Below, in pieces: positions 44,901 to 53,429 of a stretch of DNA of 64,000 nt. The stretch's first letter is position 1; the number at the start of each line of letters is the position of its first letter. The notes beneath the pieces are model-generated. The model saw only the letters and a program-made list of their open reading frames with translations, did not search any database and was not told the DNA's origin. Made by a program: the position numbers and the translations under genes. Source of the DNA: a virus; the IMG/VR virus record IMGVR_UViG_3300047311_000826, positions 1-64,000 of that record. One strand, given 5' to 3'.

Positions 44901-44981
44901 CTGAACACCGAGGAACCCATCGCCGGCACGCGCCCGCCAGCGAAGAAGGCACGCAAGGCACCGACCGACTTAATCCGGTAG
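41976..44981 (+). CDS. bifunctional primase-polymerase (AEP) / SF3 (D5-like) helicase
   Basis: 1001 aa. AEP-like motifs are LVMDADVKRD and NSGYGFHWYW. The helicase Walker A is STESGVGKSSAI and Walker B is LIRYWDEL. Confidence 0.8.
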   Translation: MEVSSVVEETNTGTEQFLARVVPAQGNYLTITWPGPNPKAGWPYRSYKPSQTDQAADILRWATRRGVDAYHAVASFNMAEISVNTRGDQVTRARREQTNVHLIRTLVMDADVKRDGDGKDPTNTFHDRRKAIEWLVGFCKATSIPMPNLAVNSGYGFHWYWILEDPITLAAWQPMADSLKNAMLANGWVGDTGPTVDGARILRPPGTMNFKAGKDKGVPVTVLPRFTLADYPNQWIADALAPWMGMTQTRARTGTGGASITMLGPRPAHLGTPNAALNQAAHGGLESRYKFSEIAKKCEQVKLSLASNGKGDPYPLWYLRHITLSVFTSDGRDFVHEFSRGDPRYVPADTDAAVLRAEDERDRKGLGAPLCAQYDTTRPGVCDTCPFKGQIKTPLVLGAEADDLPFNYRRRAVNGEPRIERREGSGEDVEWKLLFEGDVADPRLDAVSIGGHRLTMTYRLAGKEYPVSGTAADMTTQIPVGYFERQGMAVTRHTAAHIGDFVMAWITQLRMRQATRNDVVRPFGWNFNAAGERSGVAIAGTLYRTDGREEAVAGGDPKILAMYRPAGDIKHWKRAAQLFEGTGRPDLQAIIATSFGAMLISLCGDVRGMTLNFWSTESGVGKSSAIKVGQSVWGDYKLMQSMQDTPNAVMRSLSEPRILIRYWDELRVRKDYQEQFVEMIFTIPQGKERARLHSDTTLREVGEWETMLVFTSNRPCQDYLLARDDGTDSGMARVLEIEMAKVTTAYDPLAGQHIKLCETNYGHAGRVFAKYVATHLPEVQAKLATILKSLGTGLEMQQDERFSVTAMACTLVGAAIARKLGLFDFDLKGINDVLTRAFRTQREQRSTRTLVSADGGMDIEEIVNEFIYSQADYRLRTHAFATLGGGRVEAIHSPKGNVVRLQIADALKVVRVSRPAFQEWLRDRNRPASTIVEHLKTKMGALEHRKVIGAGTGFGGGGLTWCLDIPLTGRLADIVLNTEEPIAGTRPPAKKARKAPTDLIR

Positions 44982-44999
44982 TAAAACAGAGGGGGAAGG

Positions 45000-45509
45000 A
45001 TGTTACGGAAACTGACGGCGGACGAACACGCCCAGCTGTGGGCCCACACCCGGCCGGGTGCCCGCCATGCCCAGGGGCCCTGGACCAGGGTCGAGATCTC
45101 CATGCTGAAGAGCGGCCACGTCACGCACGGGCTGAGCGCTAAGGCGCTGTGGTCATGGTGCCAGACGCATGGAGTGAAGCGCCACCCCGACGCCATCGAG
45201 GCCAAGCTGGTGGAACTCAATCACTTCATACCGCTCACCCCTTACGAGCGCGCCCGTGACGCGCTGCGCAAGGAGGTGGAGGCGGCGCGCGCCGAGGCAC
45301 CGAGCGCGCCGCTCTATCGTCCAGGCACCGCGCTGGCCGACACATCGCCCGTGAAGCTGGAGGTGAACGCGCCAATGGTCGTGCCGTCGATGTGCAGCGC
45401 CGGACCGAGGTTGGCGAACGTCAGGTTGAACGAGCTCGGGTCGAGCAGTTCGCTGGCCGGAACGACGTTGGAGAGTAACGCCAGGGTTTCCGGTGGGCTG
45501 CTTACCTGA
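45000..45509 (+). CDS. hypothetical protein with a Myb/SANT-like N-terminus (169-aa ORF; the 3' end is uncertain)
   Basis: ORF track. The ribosome-binding site is GGGGGAAGG. GPWTRVEISMLKSG is SANT-like. The last ~195 nt overlap the convergent gene 45314-45883. Confidence 0.4.
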   Translation: MLRKLTADEHAQLWAHTRPGARHAQGPWTRVEISMLKSGHVTHGLSAKALWSWCQTHGVKRHPDAIEAKLVELNHFIPLTPYERARDALRKEVEAARAEAPSAPLYRPGTALADTSPVKLEVNAPMVVPSMCSAGPRLANVRLNELGSSSSLAGTTLESNARVSGGLLT

Positions 45510-45883
45510 ACCACGAGGCCCGCCCCGCCGTTCGCGCCGAACGCCGCGTCGGTGAAGGTGCCGGACAGGTAATTGCCGCCGCATCCCGCCACCGAGCTGA
45601 CACAGAAGCTGCCGCTGTAATGCTGCTGGATTATCCCGCCGTTGTTCACGGCGGCGTCGATGGATGTCGCGGTCAACTCAAAGGAAGCCCCGGAGACGTT
45701 GAAGATCCCGCCGCCCAGGGTGACCAGGGTCCCCGGCGCGATGCTGATGGTCGTCACGCTCCCGTCGTCGGTCGCGGAGACCGCGTTGGTCAGGCTTTCC
45801 TGGCTGAACCCGGTGATCAGAGTGGCCTGGGCGGGCAACGCCAGACCGACGAGGGCGGTGGCCGCGAGGAGGATGTTCCGCAT
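45314..45883 (-). CDS. secreted protein with a cleavable signal peptide (moron candidate)
   Basis: 189 aa. MRNILLAATALVGLALPAQA|TLITGF is followed by a Gly/Ser/Thr/Ala-rich beta-type sequence. An AAGGGAAG ribosome-binding site is present. Confidence 0.6.
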   Translation of the reverse strand: MRNILLAATALVGLALPAQATLITGFSQESLTNAVSATDDGSVTTISIAPGTLVTLGGGIFNVSGASFELTATSIDAAVNNGGIIQQHYSGSFCVSSVAGCGGNYLSGTFTDAAFGANGGAGLVVQVSSPPETLALLSNVVPASELLDPSSFNLTFANLGPALHIDGTTIGAFTSSFTGDVSASAVPGR

Positions 45884-45895
45884 CTGTGACTTCCC

Positions 45896-46150
45896 TTAAT
45901 TGTTGAATTTCTGCCGGTTCGCTTTGCCCGAGACAATGCGCAGGTTGCTTCTCGCATCCGTGCCGCCCTTGGACAAGGGTTTGATATGGTCGACCGTTAG
46001 TTTCGAATGCGGCGAGATCTTACCCGCCTTGATCTCGGCGGTGCGCGCCTGGTCGCGCACGACGCGCTTCTTCTTGCCCGCCTCGCTGGTCTCCCGCGCG
46101 ATGTACCATGCCCGGTTCCGTTCGTAGTTCGCGTGCGATTTACTGGCCAT
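45896..46150 (-). CDS. HNH endonuclease (84 aa)
   Basis: The start is at MASKSH. TVDHIKPLSKGGTDARSNLRIVSGKANRQK is the H-N-(N/H) motif. Confidence 0.75.
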   Translation of the reverse strand: MASKSHANYERNRAWYIARETSEAGKKKRVVRDQARTAEIKAGKISPHSKLTVDHIKPLSKGGTDARSNLRIVSGKANRQKFNN

Positions 46151-46157
46151 CACGGGT

Positions 46158-46328
46158 TCATCCCTGAATGACAAACCCAAACACACGCCATCCCAACAGG
46201 AAGATCAGCACCGCGTAAACCCAGCCGTTGTAGGAGGTCCAGTAGACCTGCCCGGTCGGTGTCCGTCCCCATGCGCCGAACAACAGCGTGATGACGAAGA
46301 TCACCCAGAACAATAATCCAATCGACAT
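46158..46328 (-). CDS. small two-helix membrane protein of 56 aa, missing from the ORF track
   Basis: My translation is MSIGLLFWVIFVITLLFGAWGRTPTGQVYWTSYNGWVYAVLIFLLGWRVFGFVIQG. It replaces the implausible track ORF 46150-46335 in another frame. Confidence 0.6.
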   Translation of the reverse strand: MSIGLLFWVIFVITLLFGAWGRTPTGQVYWTSYNGWVYAVLIFLLGWRVFGFVIQG

Positions 46329-46337
46329 CACACACTC

Positions 46338-49300
46338 CTAGTGGTTGGCGAAGCTCCCCGTCTCCATGAGCTGACGCTCGCCGGCCTTGGGTAGCCTGAG
46401 GCCGAACGCGCCCGGATGCAGCGTGCCTTTCCGGCGTTCGTTCAGCTGCTGCAGCAGCTGATCATGGGTGATCTTCGAACCGAAGTTGACGTTCCCGTCG
46501 GCGTTGAACCGGCGGATGTCCGACATGACGGCGGCGCGGTCACCGGGGTCCGCTTCGAGCCACCTCTGGACCAGTCTGCTCCGGGTCTCGTTCATATGGT
46601 CGCGTGCCTGGACGATGGCCTGCCGACCCATGCGCGCCTCGGATACGCTGGAGGGCGCGATGCCGACCGCCTGGTAGGCCACGTCCAGCGGACTGATCTT
46701 CGACGGTGCCAGGATCTGCTTGCCGCGCGCGTCGACAGCGCCCTTGGTGGCGAGCCCATAAGCCTTGACCGGGTCGCGCAGGATGCGTGGCAGCATGGCT
46801 ACCGCGCCGCCTCGCAGTTCGCCGTCCATCATCTTGGCCATGCCGCTCACGATGCTGCCCACGTCCTCGCCCGCCGCGCCGAGCATGAGATGGCCGCCGA
46901 ACTCGGCGAAGTCCTTCGGCGAGTAGCCATTAAGCTGGGGTATGTTCAGCATGTTGTTCACACCCAGCCGGTGCGACATGTCCGCGCCGAACAGATGCGG
47001 CACGCCCTGGCCCACGATCTCACCCAGGGTGGGGCCGATGGTCTTCGCCAGCCACTGCCGCATCTCCAGCACGCGATCCTTGGGTTTGTGACCCGTCGCC
47101 AGGTCGTAGGCGCCACCCAGGTAGCGCACGGGATCGGCGACCCAGGTCAGCGCGCCCGCCATGAGCGAGTGCATCATGACCGTGCCGGTGAATTGCAGGA
47201 AGGCTTCCTTACGCACCGCCGGATCGACGCCCTTGCCGAACGAGTCGCGCATCAGGTTGGCGATCAGCCAGGTCTCGTTGAGGCCGTATTGTTTGAACTG
47301 CATGATCGGCGCCGCCGCGCGGCCGAACATGCCCTTCTCCGTGGTGATGCGCGCCCGGTTGGCCACCGAGTAGTTGGGCGCCTTGCGCAGGGTGTTCTCC
47401 GCGAAGTCCATCGCGTCCTTGATGCCCTCGCCCTTGCCGCGCGCCGTCCTGAACGCGGCCCACGCGCCGCTGATGCGGCTCATCTCGTCGCTGGCGTGGG
47501 TCGTGGCGCTGGATATCTCCAGGAAGCGGTCCCACAGATTGCCGGCCGTGGTGGGACGCGACAGTTCCCTGAGCGACGCCGCCTCAGTGTTGCCGAACAA
47601 CCCGAGGTCGGTGAAGTGTTTGAAGAACCGGTTCACTTCACTACCGTCGTAACCCCTGGTCAGTAATCTTTGTTTGGCCATCTCGGCGAAATCGTAGTTG
47701 ACCGAGCTGAGCGGCTTGCCGATCAGCGCGTCGAGCGTGTTCCTGGCACCCTTGCCTATGATGGATGGCGCGAGATCCTTGAGCGACCGACTCAACTCCA
47801 ACGCGGCGCGTCCGAAGCCATGCCGGGCTCCGATGAATACGGCCATCTTCATGTGCATCTCGGCGGCTTCGACCGCCACGCGGGACAGGCTCATCATGCT
47901 CTGCGCGTAGCCGAACGCCGAGACCTTCCGCGCCAGGGCGAACCCACCCGCGTGGTTCAGTTCGTCACCGTTCTGAAACCGCTTGCGTAGCTCGTGGTAA
48001 AGCTGGTCGCGCAACACGCTGTCGCCATCCCCGGCGCCGGCCCGCTGGTCGTTGAACGCCTTCATCCTCTCGAAGGCCGCGTCCCGCTCACCGCCGTGCA
48101 TTATGGTGCCGATGCGCCGGCCCGATGCCTGGAGGTCGGTGCCGAGGGCACGCGCCACATCCTTGGACGCGCCCGCCACGTAGCGGCGCCTGGCGGTGGC
48201 GCGCTCCTGGCCGGACGCGTACTGCATCTGCAGGTGCGCCGCCATTTCCTCCAGCGCGTTGGCATGCGCCCGCAAGGCGGGGTCCCGCCGGACCGCCGCG
48301 ATCATCTCATCGACCACGGGGGAAAGGCGCATCTGCCGTTGCGCCACGATATCGTTGCGCTCGCGCACGTCCTGGACGTCGGCCACGCCGTCGGCCAGTT
48401 GCTTGTTACGGAACGCCGCCGCCTCGCTCGGCTTCTCGAAGAACTGCACGCCGTATCCGGGGTCGCCGGGTTGCCCGCCATACTCGACGACGAAGTCACC
48501 GTAGCGGCGCATCGGGAAGTAGTCCCCGTCGACGAAGCCCATGCGGGTCAGTTTGGCCATGCCCCTGGCTATGCGCTTATGATCCTGGGCGATGGCGGCG
48601 TTGTCGGGGTCGGACAGGAACGCGTCCAGCCGCTCCTTGCTGGCCATGGTGTGGCGCATCAGTGCCTTCTCGGCGTCGGTCGCGTTGGGCATGAACCGAT
48701 TGACCAGGTTGTCGGCCACCGCCTGCCGCTCGACGGCGTATTTCTCGGTCAGCAGGTCACGGGTTTTGACATAGAGGGCTTGCTTCTCCGGCGTCATGGC
48801 GTCGAAGCGCGACTGCAACGCACTCAGTTGGGCGCGCTCGTCGGGCGTGGTCAGGTGCGCGTTGGCGTCCGCCTCGCGCGTGCCCAGGGCCGCGCGGGCA
48901 TACCCGGCGTCGTTCATCAGTTCGGCCACGTCGTCGTGCTTCACAAGTTCGCGCGCGACCTCGGCGAACCTTGGCGCGAACTTGCGCAGGAAGCGGTCGC
49001 TCGCCACCTGGGCGTGTTCCTGCGCCGTGCGGATGGCCACGGCGTGGTTGACGTCGCCGTCCTGGAATTTACTACGGAAGCGATCAATCAGCCGGTCGAA
49101 ATGAATGGTGGACAGCAGGTTGCGGAACGCGCCGGGTTTGAGGTTATCGCCCACCGCGTCCAGGGTGCGCTCGGCCACGTGGCTGGCGCGCTCGCCGAAT
49201 GCCTCGTGCGCGGACCACGCCAGCGGTGCCGAGTCGGCCCGCAATCGGGGATCGGGGTGCAGGTATTTCTCGTTGAACTTCGCGGCACGCTGCGCGATGT

Positions 49301-52300
49301 CGGTGACGGGCTGCATGATATGATCGAGCAGCGTGTATTCGGCGCCGCTTTGGGCTCTGCGTAACCCCAGCCCATCACGTACCAGATCAACGAAACTACT
49401 CCATACGGACCGCCCGCGCGGACGCGGTTGCATACCAAGCGACGTCATTTTCTTACGGAACTTGTCCGACGCCACGAGGCTATTGGCGAAAGACCACAAG
49501 TCCGCGTTGGTCATCAGCATCGTATGCAACTCATGCTCGTTGCTTAGCGCATACATGATGCTTTCAGCCTGGCGTTTGGTTTCCGGGACATTCTTACCGA
49601 ACTCTCCCACGGCCAGCTTATCGCTGAAACCTTCCCTGAGCGCCTCCGCTATCGCGTGCAGGGCCTGAAGATCTTTATGTCCTGGGTCGTGCTGCCGTAA
49701 AGTTTCTATGTAATGGAAGAACGCCGAGTGCACCATCTCATGCAGCGCCGTCTCCAGGTGCGTCCCATGCTGATGCTCCAGGTCAAGGTTGACCATGATA
49801 TGTTCGAGGCCGGGATCCTGTTCGTAATGGCCGTAAGTCCGTTGTCTTATCCGGCCGATGTCCTTATCACCGATATAGCCCAGTTCGTGCCCTCGTTCCG
49901 CCGTTACTACGGGAATACCACGCGCCAGTTTGTATAGTTGCCGGGCCAGTGCCGCCAGATCAGGACGTTCCGCGATGACCAGCGGGTCCTGCATGATGTT
50001 GCGCGCCAGATCCTGGTCGGTGAATGGCACATCGTATTGTTCCGATGTGCGTATCGCGTGTTCCACGCCGGCGGTCAGGCGCGAGTCCGTTAATACCCGT
50101 AACGAATTGGCTGATGTGGGATCGATGCCCGTGGACGTTGGCGCGTGTTCCAGCGTTTCGCCGCCGCCACGCTTCGCCAGGCTCTCCCTGAACGCCGCGC
50201 GCGTGGCCATGGCCTGCGCCTGATCGGCGACGGTACCCACGGGGTCCACGATCCTGGCCCGCGCTTCCTTCAGCGCCGCGATGCGCTCGGGCGCGACCTG
50301 AGCCAGTCTGCCTTCCAGTATTTTGGTTCGCTCGGCGTATTTCTCGCGGGCCTCCTTCGCCGCTTCGGCGGTCCGGGGTTTCTGTTTCGCGCCCGGCATG
50401 TCCTTCTTCGCGCCCGCCAACAGGTGCGCGTCAAGTTGCTTCCGGTGCGTCTCGGCCAGCAGCGGGTTGCTCACGCGTTTGATCTCGGCGTCGAACGCGG
50501 CGGCCAGGCTCGTGGCATCGGCGTTGCGCGGTCGCCCCACGGTGCCCTTTTTGTCGAACTCGGCCTGTGCCTGTTCGACCGTCATGGGATCGGTCGGATC
50601 GAGTACCTTGTTGATGTAGTCGGCGGCCTTGCGCTCCTGGACATGCGCGACCGTGACGGGTTTGTTCTTGGTATCGAGTGCCATGGTCAATCCGGCGCTC
50701 TCACCCTCGCCACCGCCCACGGCGGTCTCCTCGATCCCTTCAGCGGACGTGGGCTTATCAACCTTGCCGCGCTTCTGTTCCTCCTCGCGTACGACCGAGG
50801 CTTCGCTACGCGTGGGTTCATCGCCGGTGCGCGTGACCAGACGCTCGCCCATGACCTTCTTGTGGAACAGCTGCGCCAGATCCTCGCGGGCTTTTTGCGT
50901 GACCTCCGTGCCGCCGGCGCGTGGCGCCATGATACGATGCGCGATATCGACCAGTTGCTCGCGCGAGCCGTTGCTCATGTGCACCAGGTTGCCCAGGTCC
51001 CGCAGTGCCTCCGTCATGGCCTTGCCCCTGGGCGTCCCTGGCGGCAGCCCTCCCATGGCCTGCTTGCGCACGGTCTCTATGTCAGCGAGCGCCTGGCCCC
51101 GCGCCAGTTCAGCGGCGCGCACGGTCTGTAGGTCATCCGTGGTCGGCGCGGCGGTCTCTTCCTCGCGCGCGACGTAGGCCTGGGGTCCGGCCTTCTTCTC
51201 CGGGATGACGACGGTGGGTTGCTTCTTGCGGCCCTTGGATGCCGCGACCGCCTTCTCGACGGCGGGTTTCTCGGCCGGGACCGGGGCCTCCGGAGTTTTC
51301 CCGCTTTGTTTCGTATCGACAAGGGTCGCCAGTTCTTCCTCGGTGGGTCCGGCGGCCACGGTCTCGCGCGTCTTGCGTAACGTTTCGGCGGACGAGCGCA
51401 TGCGCGCTTCCAGATCGGCCTGGGCCGTCGAAGGGCGCTCGGTAGCCGGTGCCGAAGGGAGTGAAGTCTCCGGCACCGGCGGAGCCACGGTTTCCCTCGG
51501 GGGAACCAACCCCTCGGACCGCTCTGGGCGTGATGCGGGAACGCCCGGCTCGACGGTAGAGGTTGGCGGAGTCGGTGTCGACGCCGCTTTACGCCGCTCC
51601 TCGCGGTCGTAGCGCGTGGCCACGTCGTTCGGCGACATGTTCTTAAGTTGTGTCGGCGACGCGCCGTATTCGCCGACCAGCACGTCCACCATCTCGGATT
51701 TTGTCTTGCCCTTGGACGGGCGCTCGCCCGGTGCCTGGGGTTTTACTCCCGGAGTAACCGGTGGTGTGGACTCTGGTGGCGCGGCCCCACCGCCGCCGCG
51801 TGGAGCGGCTGGCGGTGGCTCCACGGGTGTGTTGGGTGGCGGCGGTTCACGCGGGAACATCTCGCCCTGCGTGGGCGCTGGCGGACGCACCTGGGTCGTG
51901 GGGTCGAACAGGTTGCCTTGCGATGCTTCCGGTGGGAGCCCTGGCTGCACGCCGGCTATGGCCGGCTCGCGCGGCGCTTGCCCCGCGCCCGCCTGACCCT
52001 CGGTGAACATCTCGCCCTGGCCCGACATGCCGGGCAGCATGCCCTGGCCCGGCGTCGTGGGGTCGAACGCCGGAGGTGGCGGTGGCGGCGGTGGCCCCAG
52101 CGCCTCGCCCAGTGCCGCCACCGCGTCGGGTGGCACGCCCTCGGGGGGTCTGACCTGGGGTGCTTCCGGTCTGACCGGGTGCAGCGCGCCACCGGCGGCG
52201 CCTATGACCGCGCCCGTCAGCGCGCCGCTGGCGACACCCCGCGCGATGGCACCCTGGTCGAACTCCTGCCGCGTGCCGATGCCCTGCTGGAACTGCTGAC

Positions 52301-53426
52301 CGATGGCTACGTTGGCGCCGCCCTGGCCGCCCATGAGCGCCGCGCCCTCGCCACCCCCCACCACCGCGCCCAGCAGGCGCCCCTTGCCACCCAGCTTGCC
52401 CAGCACGCCCCTGGCGGCCAGGCTCATGGCGCCCTGACCAGCCGCCGCGCCGACCAGTGCCGCCTCCAGCATCATCGGGTCGATGGCCTGCTTTTTCAGC
52501 AACTCCTTCGCTTCGGTGTCGGAATAACCGCCGCGCCGCATCTCGGCGTAGGCCGGCGACTGCATCATCGTGGCTTCGGGCGTGTTCTTCAGCGTCTCGA
52601 CGGCGCTGTTGTACTGCTCGCCCATGTTCTGCAGGCCGAACGTGCCCATCTCGCCGACGACGCCACCCGCTCTGGCGACCTTCGTCGCCGCGCCCACCAG
52701 TGACATCGCCTTGATCGCCAACCTGCCCACCAGGGCGGCGGGCAGCAGCGTCATGGCGATGTCGGGGATCAGGTTGATCGCGTTGGCGCGCATGTAGGTA
52801 AGGTAGCCAACCTCGCCCGGCGTCGGGATGTGGTTACCCTGCGCGTCGACACCGCCGAACATCGAGGCCGACAGGCCACGTTTCAGCGATGGCGAGCCTT
52901 CCTCAAGCAGCTTGTCCATCCACTGGCTGACGTTGTCGCGCTGCTGGTCGGTCCATGCCTTGGTCGACGGGTCGGCGCCGACCTTGTCCTCGAAGTAGCG
53001 CGCGGCGCCCAGCACGCCTTCGAGCGCGCCGCCGCCACCATGCTGGATCGTAGTCCACAGGTCGCCGAAGAACCCCCGCTCGCGCGACTCGTCGCTGACA
53101 CCCGAGTGGCCATACGTCTCGCCCGGCGTGGCATCCCTGGCCTCATCCAGGCTGAGCGTGCGATAGCGCGGTGTTGTTGGTGTCGGAAGCGCGGTGCGCG
53201 GCAGCGCACCGGGTTGCTCTGGAGTGGGCCGTGTCGGGATGGGCTGCGCGTATGGCTGCGTGAAAGCCTGTGTCGTGGGCAGGCCCGTGGGCTGGCCGCC
53301 GTAGCCGCCCTGCGACGGGAGGAACTGGCGGTTGAAGTCATTCTGGAACGCGACGTCGTACTGACTGGGTTGCTCTTCGGGCTCTGGCTCACGCGTGAGC
53401 GTGTCGGTGTTCGGGGCGAAGGCCAT
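46338..53426 (-). CDS. giant (2362 aa) multidomain virion or ejection protein with an HExxH metallopeptidase-like motif
   Basis: ORF track. Pro/Gln-rich N-terminus, Gly/Ala-rich hydrophobic segments, a roughly 250-aa Pro-rich linker, ALHEMVHSAF (HExxH at 49728-49742) and a long helical C-terminal half. It lies downstream of the transglycosylase protein. Confidence 0.75.
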   Translation of the reverse strand: MAFAPNTDTLTREPEPEEQPSQYDVAFQNDFNRQFLPSQGGYGGQPTGLPTTQAFTQPYAQPIPTRPTPEQPGALPRTALPTPTTPRYRTLSLDEARDATPGETYGHSGVSDESRERGFFGDLWTTIQHGGGGALEGVLGAARYFEDKVGADPSTKAWTDQQRDNVSQWMDKLLEEGSPSLKRGLSASMFGGVDAQGNHIPTPGEVGYLTYMRANAINLIPDIAMTLLPAALVGRLAIKAMSLVGAATKVARAGGVVGEMGTFGLQNMGEQYNSAVETLKNTPEATMMQSPAYAEMRRGGYSDTEAKELLKKQAIDPMMLEAALVGAAAGQGAMSLAARGVLGKLGGKGRLLGAVVGGGEGAALMGGQGGANVAIGQQFQQGIGTRQEFDQGAIARGVASGALTGAVIGAAGGALHPVRPEAPQVRPPEGVPPDAVAALGEALGPPPPPPPPAFDPTTPGQGMLPGMSGQGEMFTEGQAGAGQAPREPAIAGVQPGLPPEASQGNLFDPTTQVRPPAPTQGEMFPREPPPPNTPVEPPPAAPRGGGGAAPPESTPPVTPGVKPQAPGERPSKGKTKSEMVDVLVGEYGASPTQLKNMSPNDVATRYDREERRKAASTPTPPTSTVEPGVPASRPERSEGLVPPRETVAPPVPETSLPSAPATERPSTAQADLEARMRSSAETLRKTRETVAAGPTEEELATLVDTKQSGKTPEAPVPAEKPAVEKAVAASKGRKKQPTVVIPEKKAGPQAYVAREEETAAPTTDDLQTVRAAELARGQALADIETVRKQAMGGLPPGTPRGKAMTEALRDLGNLVHMSNGSREQLVDIAHRIMAPRAGGTEVTQKAREDLAQLFHKKVMGERLVTRTGDEPTRSEASVVREEEQKRGKVDKPTSAEGIEETAVGGGEGESAGLTMALDTKNKPVTVAHVQERKAADYINKVLDPTDPMTVEQAQAEFDKKGTVGRPRNADATSLAAAFDAEIKRVSNPLLAETHRKQLDAHLLAGAKKDMPGAKQKPRTAEAAKEAREKYAERTKILEGRLAQVAPERIAALKEARARIVDPVGTVADQAQAMATRAAFRESLAKRGGGETLEHAPTSTGIDPTSANSLRVLTDSRLTAGVEHAIRTSEQYDVPFTDQDLARNIMQDPLVIAERPDLAALARQLYKLARGIPVVTAERGHELGYIGDKDIGRIRQRTYGHYEQDPGLEHIMVNLDLEHQHGTHLETALHEMVHSAFFHYIETLRQHDPGHKDLQALHAIAEALREGFSDKLAVGEFGKNVPETKRQAESIMYALSNEHELHTMLMTNADLWSFANSLVASDKFRKKMTSLGMQPRPRGRSVWSSFVDLVRDGLGLRRAQSGAEYTLLDHIMQPVTDIAQRAAKFNEKYLHPDPRLRADSAPLAWSAHEAFGERASHVAERTLDAVGDNLKPGAFRNLLSTIHFDRLIDRFRSKFQDGDVNHAVAIRTAQEHAQVASDRFLRKFAPRFAEVARELVKHDDVAELMNDAGYARAALGTREADANAHLTTPDERAQLSALQSRFDAMTPEKQALYVKTRDLLTEKYAVERQAVADNLVNRFMPNATDAEKALMRHTMASKERLDAFLSDPDNAAIAQDHKRIARGMAKLTRMGFVDGDYFPMRRYGDFVVEYGGQPGDPGYGVQFFEKPSEAAAFRNKQLADGVADVQDVRERNDIVAQRQMRLSPVVDEMIAAVRRDPALRAHANALEEMAAHLQMQYASGQERATARRRYVAGASKDVARALGTDLQASGRRIGTIMHGGERDAAFERMKAFNDQRAGAGDGDSVLRDQLYHELRKRFQNGDELNHAGGFALARKVSAFGYAQSMMSLSRVAVEAAEMHMKMAVFIGARHGFGRAALELSRSLKDLAPSIIGKGARNTLDALIGKPLSSVNYDFAEMAKQRLLTRGYDGSEVNRFFKHFTDLGLFGNTEAASLRELSRPTTAGNLWDRFLEISSATTHASDEMSRISGAWAAFRTARGKGEGIKDAMDFAENTLRKAPNYSVANRARITTEKGMFGRAAAPIMQFKQYGLNETWLIANLMRDSFGKGVDPAVRKEAFLQFTGTVMMHSLMAGALTWVADPVRYLGGAYDLATGHKPKDRVLEMRQWLAKTIGPTLGEIVGQGVPHLFGADMSHRLGVNNMLNIPQLNGYSPKDFAEFGGHLMLGAAGEDVGSIVSGMAKMMDGELRGGAVAMLPRILRDPVKAYGLATKGAVDARGKQILAPSKISPLDVAYQAVGIAPSSVSEARMGRQAIVQARDHMNETRSRLVQRWLEADPGDRAAVMSDIRRFNADGNVNFGSKITHDQLLQQLNERRKGTLHPGAFGLRLPKAGERQLMETGSFANH

Positions 53427-53429
53427 GGC

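Larger units (their letters stand above)
21142..44987 (+). repeat. family of a roughly 16-nt quasi-palindromic motif, TTTAC(T/G)AC(G/C)G(G/T)(A/C)GTAAA, at early-gene starts
   Basis: Copies start at 21142, 21657, 23243, 23736, 24031, 24429, 25055, 25241, 25655, 26244, 27558, 28007, 29467, 30831, 34846, 35338, 38664, 40319 and 44970. Further intragenic copies are listed in the findings. Confidence 0.8.

Noticed and set aside
21142-44987. The repeated ~16-nt motif as a CRISPR array or other tandem repeat array.
   Set aside because: Spacing is irregular, from about 200 bp to several kb. Copies lie at gene starts or inside coding sequence on both strands. There are no uniform spacers and no cas genes.
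46150-46335. The 61-aa minus-strand track ORF MCDVDWIIVLGDL...
   Set aside because: An alternative frame on the same strand (46158-46328) gives a clean two-transmembrane-helix protein with an ATG start. The track ORF also overlaps the HNH start.
46338-53426. The giant protein as an N4-like virion RNA polymerase.
   Set aside because: I could not find the T7-like RNAP motifs (for example Rx3Kx7YG or the catalytic Asp motifs) by eye. The only catalytic-looking signature is HExxH. This needs a profile search to exclude fully.
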